Of a stretch of DNA of 64,000 nucleotides, positions 1-64,000 are shown piece after piece. The notes under the pieces are model-generated. The model made no database searches. It saw only the letters and a list, made by a program, of their open reading frames with translations, and was not told the origin of the DNA. Every line of letters starts with the position of its first letter. Within the stretch, counting starts at the first letter, position 1. The stretch spans positions 33,129,345 to 33,193,344 of the forward strand of contig NC_058136.1 of the NCBI RefSeq assembly GCF_016433145.1. The letters are read 5' to 3'. A program made the translations under genes and the position numbers. Origin of the DNA: Gracilinanus agilis (lineage: Eukaryota).

Positions 1-422
1 ATCGGGGGTTGTGGGGGTGGGCAGGGGTAGGAAACACACATGAAGACGTATGGGCAGATGACACCCAAACCCTAGGCTAGGGCGCAATTCAGGAGACGAC
101 CCCCTCCCCAGCTTGGTGCAGGGCTCTTTTCTGGTCCCCTAAGGGGGTGTGTCACCAAGAAACCACCCCCCTTTTCAACAGGCTGTGTTTGGGCTACCTT
201 GGACTGAGGAGGAACAAGGAAGGATTGGGGAGGGTTGAAGAAGGCGGCTGCCAGATCAAGGGAAGGAGGGGGAAGGCAGAGGTGGGGGGTTGGGGGGGGG
301 CAAAGGCGGGAGTGGTCCTCAGTGGGTGGCAGGCAGGTAGGTGTTAGGAGCAGGGGTTGCTCTTCTGGATAGGAGAAATCTCCCTCGGGTTTTTGCCCCT
401 AACATTAACTTCTTTTTTTCAG

Positions 423-61752
<61,330 letters not shown>

Positions 61753-63556
61753 GTCCCCATGACCTGTTGAGAAAGAGAGTTAAACAGAATGACCCCCAGG
61801 GCACTGTGGTCCTTTTCACTTTGCTTTTCCTTTTGGTTCCATTTTCCTCTCTTTTTTCGTCTTTCATTATTTGGTTTCAGATTTCTCTTTTCAGCATAAT
61901 GCAAATACCGAGTGTGTCAGGATAGGGAGAGAAAGAGGAAGAAGAGGAGGAAGAAGAAACTAGCATTTCTATTTTGCTTTGTGCTGAAAGTCTTTCACCT
62001 TTCACAAAATGTCAGAACCAAGCACCAAAAAGCCCCCAATCATGTTTGCTAAAGAGCATTAGTCCCAGTTTGAGTTGGGGGAGCAGGTAAGTGTGGAAGA
62101 CAAAAGGGGTTAATTCTGTTGAGCCTAGCCCCCATTCACAACTAATGATAGCTCCTGATTTCTTTTCCTTCTTTATTGATACTGTCAGTTTCTGTTCCAT
62201 CTCACTTCTTACCAAGTCCAGGATGGACTCCCAACCCCTGAGTTAAAGAAGTGTGTCCTATTTTGTGAGAGTTTGGCTCTTGCTCCTTCTCCCTTCTCCT
62301 GGCTCAGACTTTTGGTGAATAAGTGACGTGAATAATGAAAATCTTACTGGCTGAGCTGGGAAAGGCTGAGGTGAGTAGTATTTATGTGGGCTATATATTG
62401 GAAGTTTGGAAGAATGGGTAGGGCCAATGGTGGTCATGTAGTCAACTGGACACAATTGGCAAGTACCTTTCCCACCTTCAGGCACTCATAAGTTGTTTTT
62501 TGAGTGAATGTGTGTGTGTTCAAGAACATGGCTATGTAGCAAGAACTAAAGAAGATGATAGTAGAATGAGCTCTTCAGAAAGTTTTGGAAGATGTTGGAA
62601 AGGAGAGGTTTGTAGCACCTTTCCTAGGGGAAGGTTTTGTGTGTTGTTTACCTGTAATTCTCTGTTGGGGAAGAGTACTGTCTACTTATGTCTGTGTTGG
62701 TTTGGGGATACTCAGAGTTAGAGACTCCATCCATCTCATCTATCCATGGCTACCCAGCCTTATTGAACTCTGAAAGGGATGTGGGACACAAGTCCTCTTA
62801 AACTGTTAGCAGATGGAAAGCTGGATGCCACCATCTCTCATTTGGCCACTGTTTTAGTCAGAATTTGGTTTCTCCTGGCATTAGCTGAGTTGATCCCTGC
62901 CATGGTACCTTGTCAAATGAATGAATGTTTCAATGATCAACTCTGAAGACCAGGCTCTAGAAACTCTGACATTTCCACACTTTCAGGTTAAGAAAAACTT
63001 ATGGGTCTTGAAAATCAATTTGTTTTCCACTTCTTCCTTCTTTTCCTCATCTAGTTTCTGAATATGACACCTCTCTAGTTGCCCTGCTGGACTCTCTGAT
63101 TTTGGGGTGGGGAAATTGGTGAGCATCTGTCTCCTAAACCATCAGGAAGTGGGGATAATACCTCTTGGTGAAGAACAGAGATCATAAGTATCAGCTAGAG
63201 ATTTGGCCAAAGGCTTTGAGTGAGAAGACCTGAGTTCTGAAAAGACATGGGCAGTTCTAAGGTTGATTTGTGTAGTGCTTTGGGAGAGTAGTGAGAAAGA
63301 ATTGGAAAGAGAACTGATGTTAGAATTTACTGAAGTGACCAACGGTGTTGCCCCCTCTTCCTATTGCCCCACAACCCAGGTCACAATGAGAGTGGACAGG
63401 GCCCCTAGCCTGCCCTGGTCAGCTCCCAGAGTGGCATGGGCCTCCTCTCTAGAGAGCAAGTTTGGCAGGAGGTTTGAGTCAAGAGGGAAGCTATGACAGC
63501 CATCTATGCTGACCCTTGCTCAGCCTTGTAGAAACTAAAATGAGAGGACCAAGGGG

Positions 63557-63562
63557 AATAAA
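63557..63562 (+). terminator. candidate polyadenylation signal (AATAAA)
   Basis: First AATAAA I find after the stop codon, followed by T/GT-rich sequence (about 63580-63615); no transcript evidence. Confidence 0.3.
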
Positions 63563-64000
63563 AGCAGACAAATACTCATCTATTTCTTTGAGATAAGGCT
63601 AGCTTTGTGTTCTCTTCCTGCCAGCTGTGGAAGTTTTGACTCTCCCATTTAATGGGATAGTTTTCTTTTCCCCAGCGTCAGAGAGTCCACCTCTAAATCC
63701 CCCAAAACAGACTTCATGAATTGACTTGCAAAAAAAAAAATGAAAGACTCTAAAACCTTTCCCTTCTACTTTTCTCTCTTTCTATCTTCTTTCTAGTCTC
63801 TTCCTCATTTTTCTCTATCCCTTTTCCATTTCCCAAGGTTTCTCGAGACTTTATCATTTATGTCTTGGTCATTTTCCCCTTTTAGGTATTATTGCATATA
63901 GTTTCAACAGAGTGCCCCGACAAAACTAAAAAAAGTATCTTAAATAGCATCCCAAATGAAATTAGGGGAAAAAAGTAATTCAGAGATGGGCAACTCTATT

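Noticed and set aside
147-347. ORF upstream of exon 2 and the donor CAG|GTAGGT at 336/337 as a possible exon 1
   Set aside because: The ORF frame gives phase 1 at that donor (phase 2 is needed) and is not a signal peptide; the phase-2 frame has no Met or hydrophobic core.

Overview
Eukaryotic, repeat-rich, CpG-poor genomic DNA from a marsupial, most likely a didelphid opossum such as Monodelphis. The evidence is SINE1_Mdo-like, MAR1-like, MIR/MIR3, L2, CR1/L3, marsupial L1, RTE and hAT elements. The whole window is one + strand gene for a GABA-A receptor beta-type subunit. Exons 2-9 (423-61752) splice at GT-AG sites with the standard beta-subunit exon sizes and phases into an uninterrupted frame of about 457 codons plus stop. 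Exon 1 (signal peptide) was not found and probably lies upstream. The diagnostic residues match the avian/fish beta-4 subunit (GABRB4), the presumed positional orthologue of eutherian theta (GABRQ), rather than beta-1/2/3 or eutherian theta. The extracellular and membrane domains are conserved, while the M3-M4 loop has lost or altered several trafficking and phosphorylation motifs. The introns contain young hAT MITEs with intact target-site duplications, nested retroelements, an apparent locally templated insertion inside a SINE, a few candidate regulatory or cryptic-splicing elements, and a 132-N assembly gap. I found no prokaryote-type system (CRISPR, operon) and no convincing second gene. 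All family names and comparisons with other species come from recalled sequences, not from searches.
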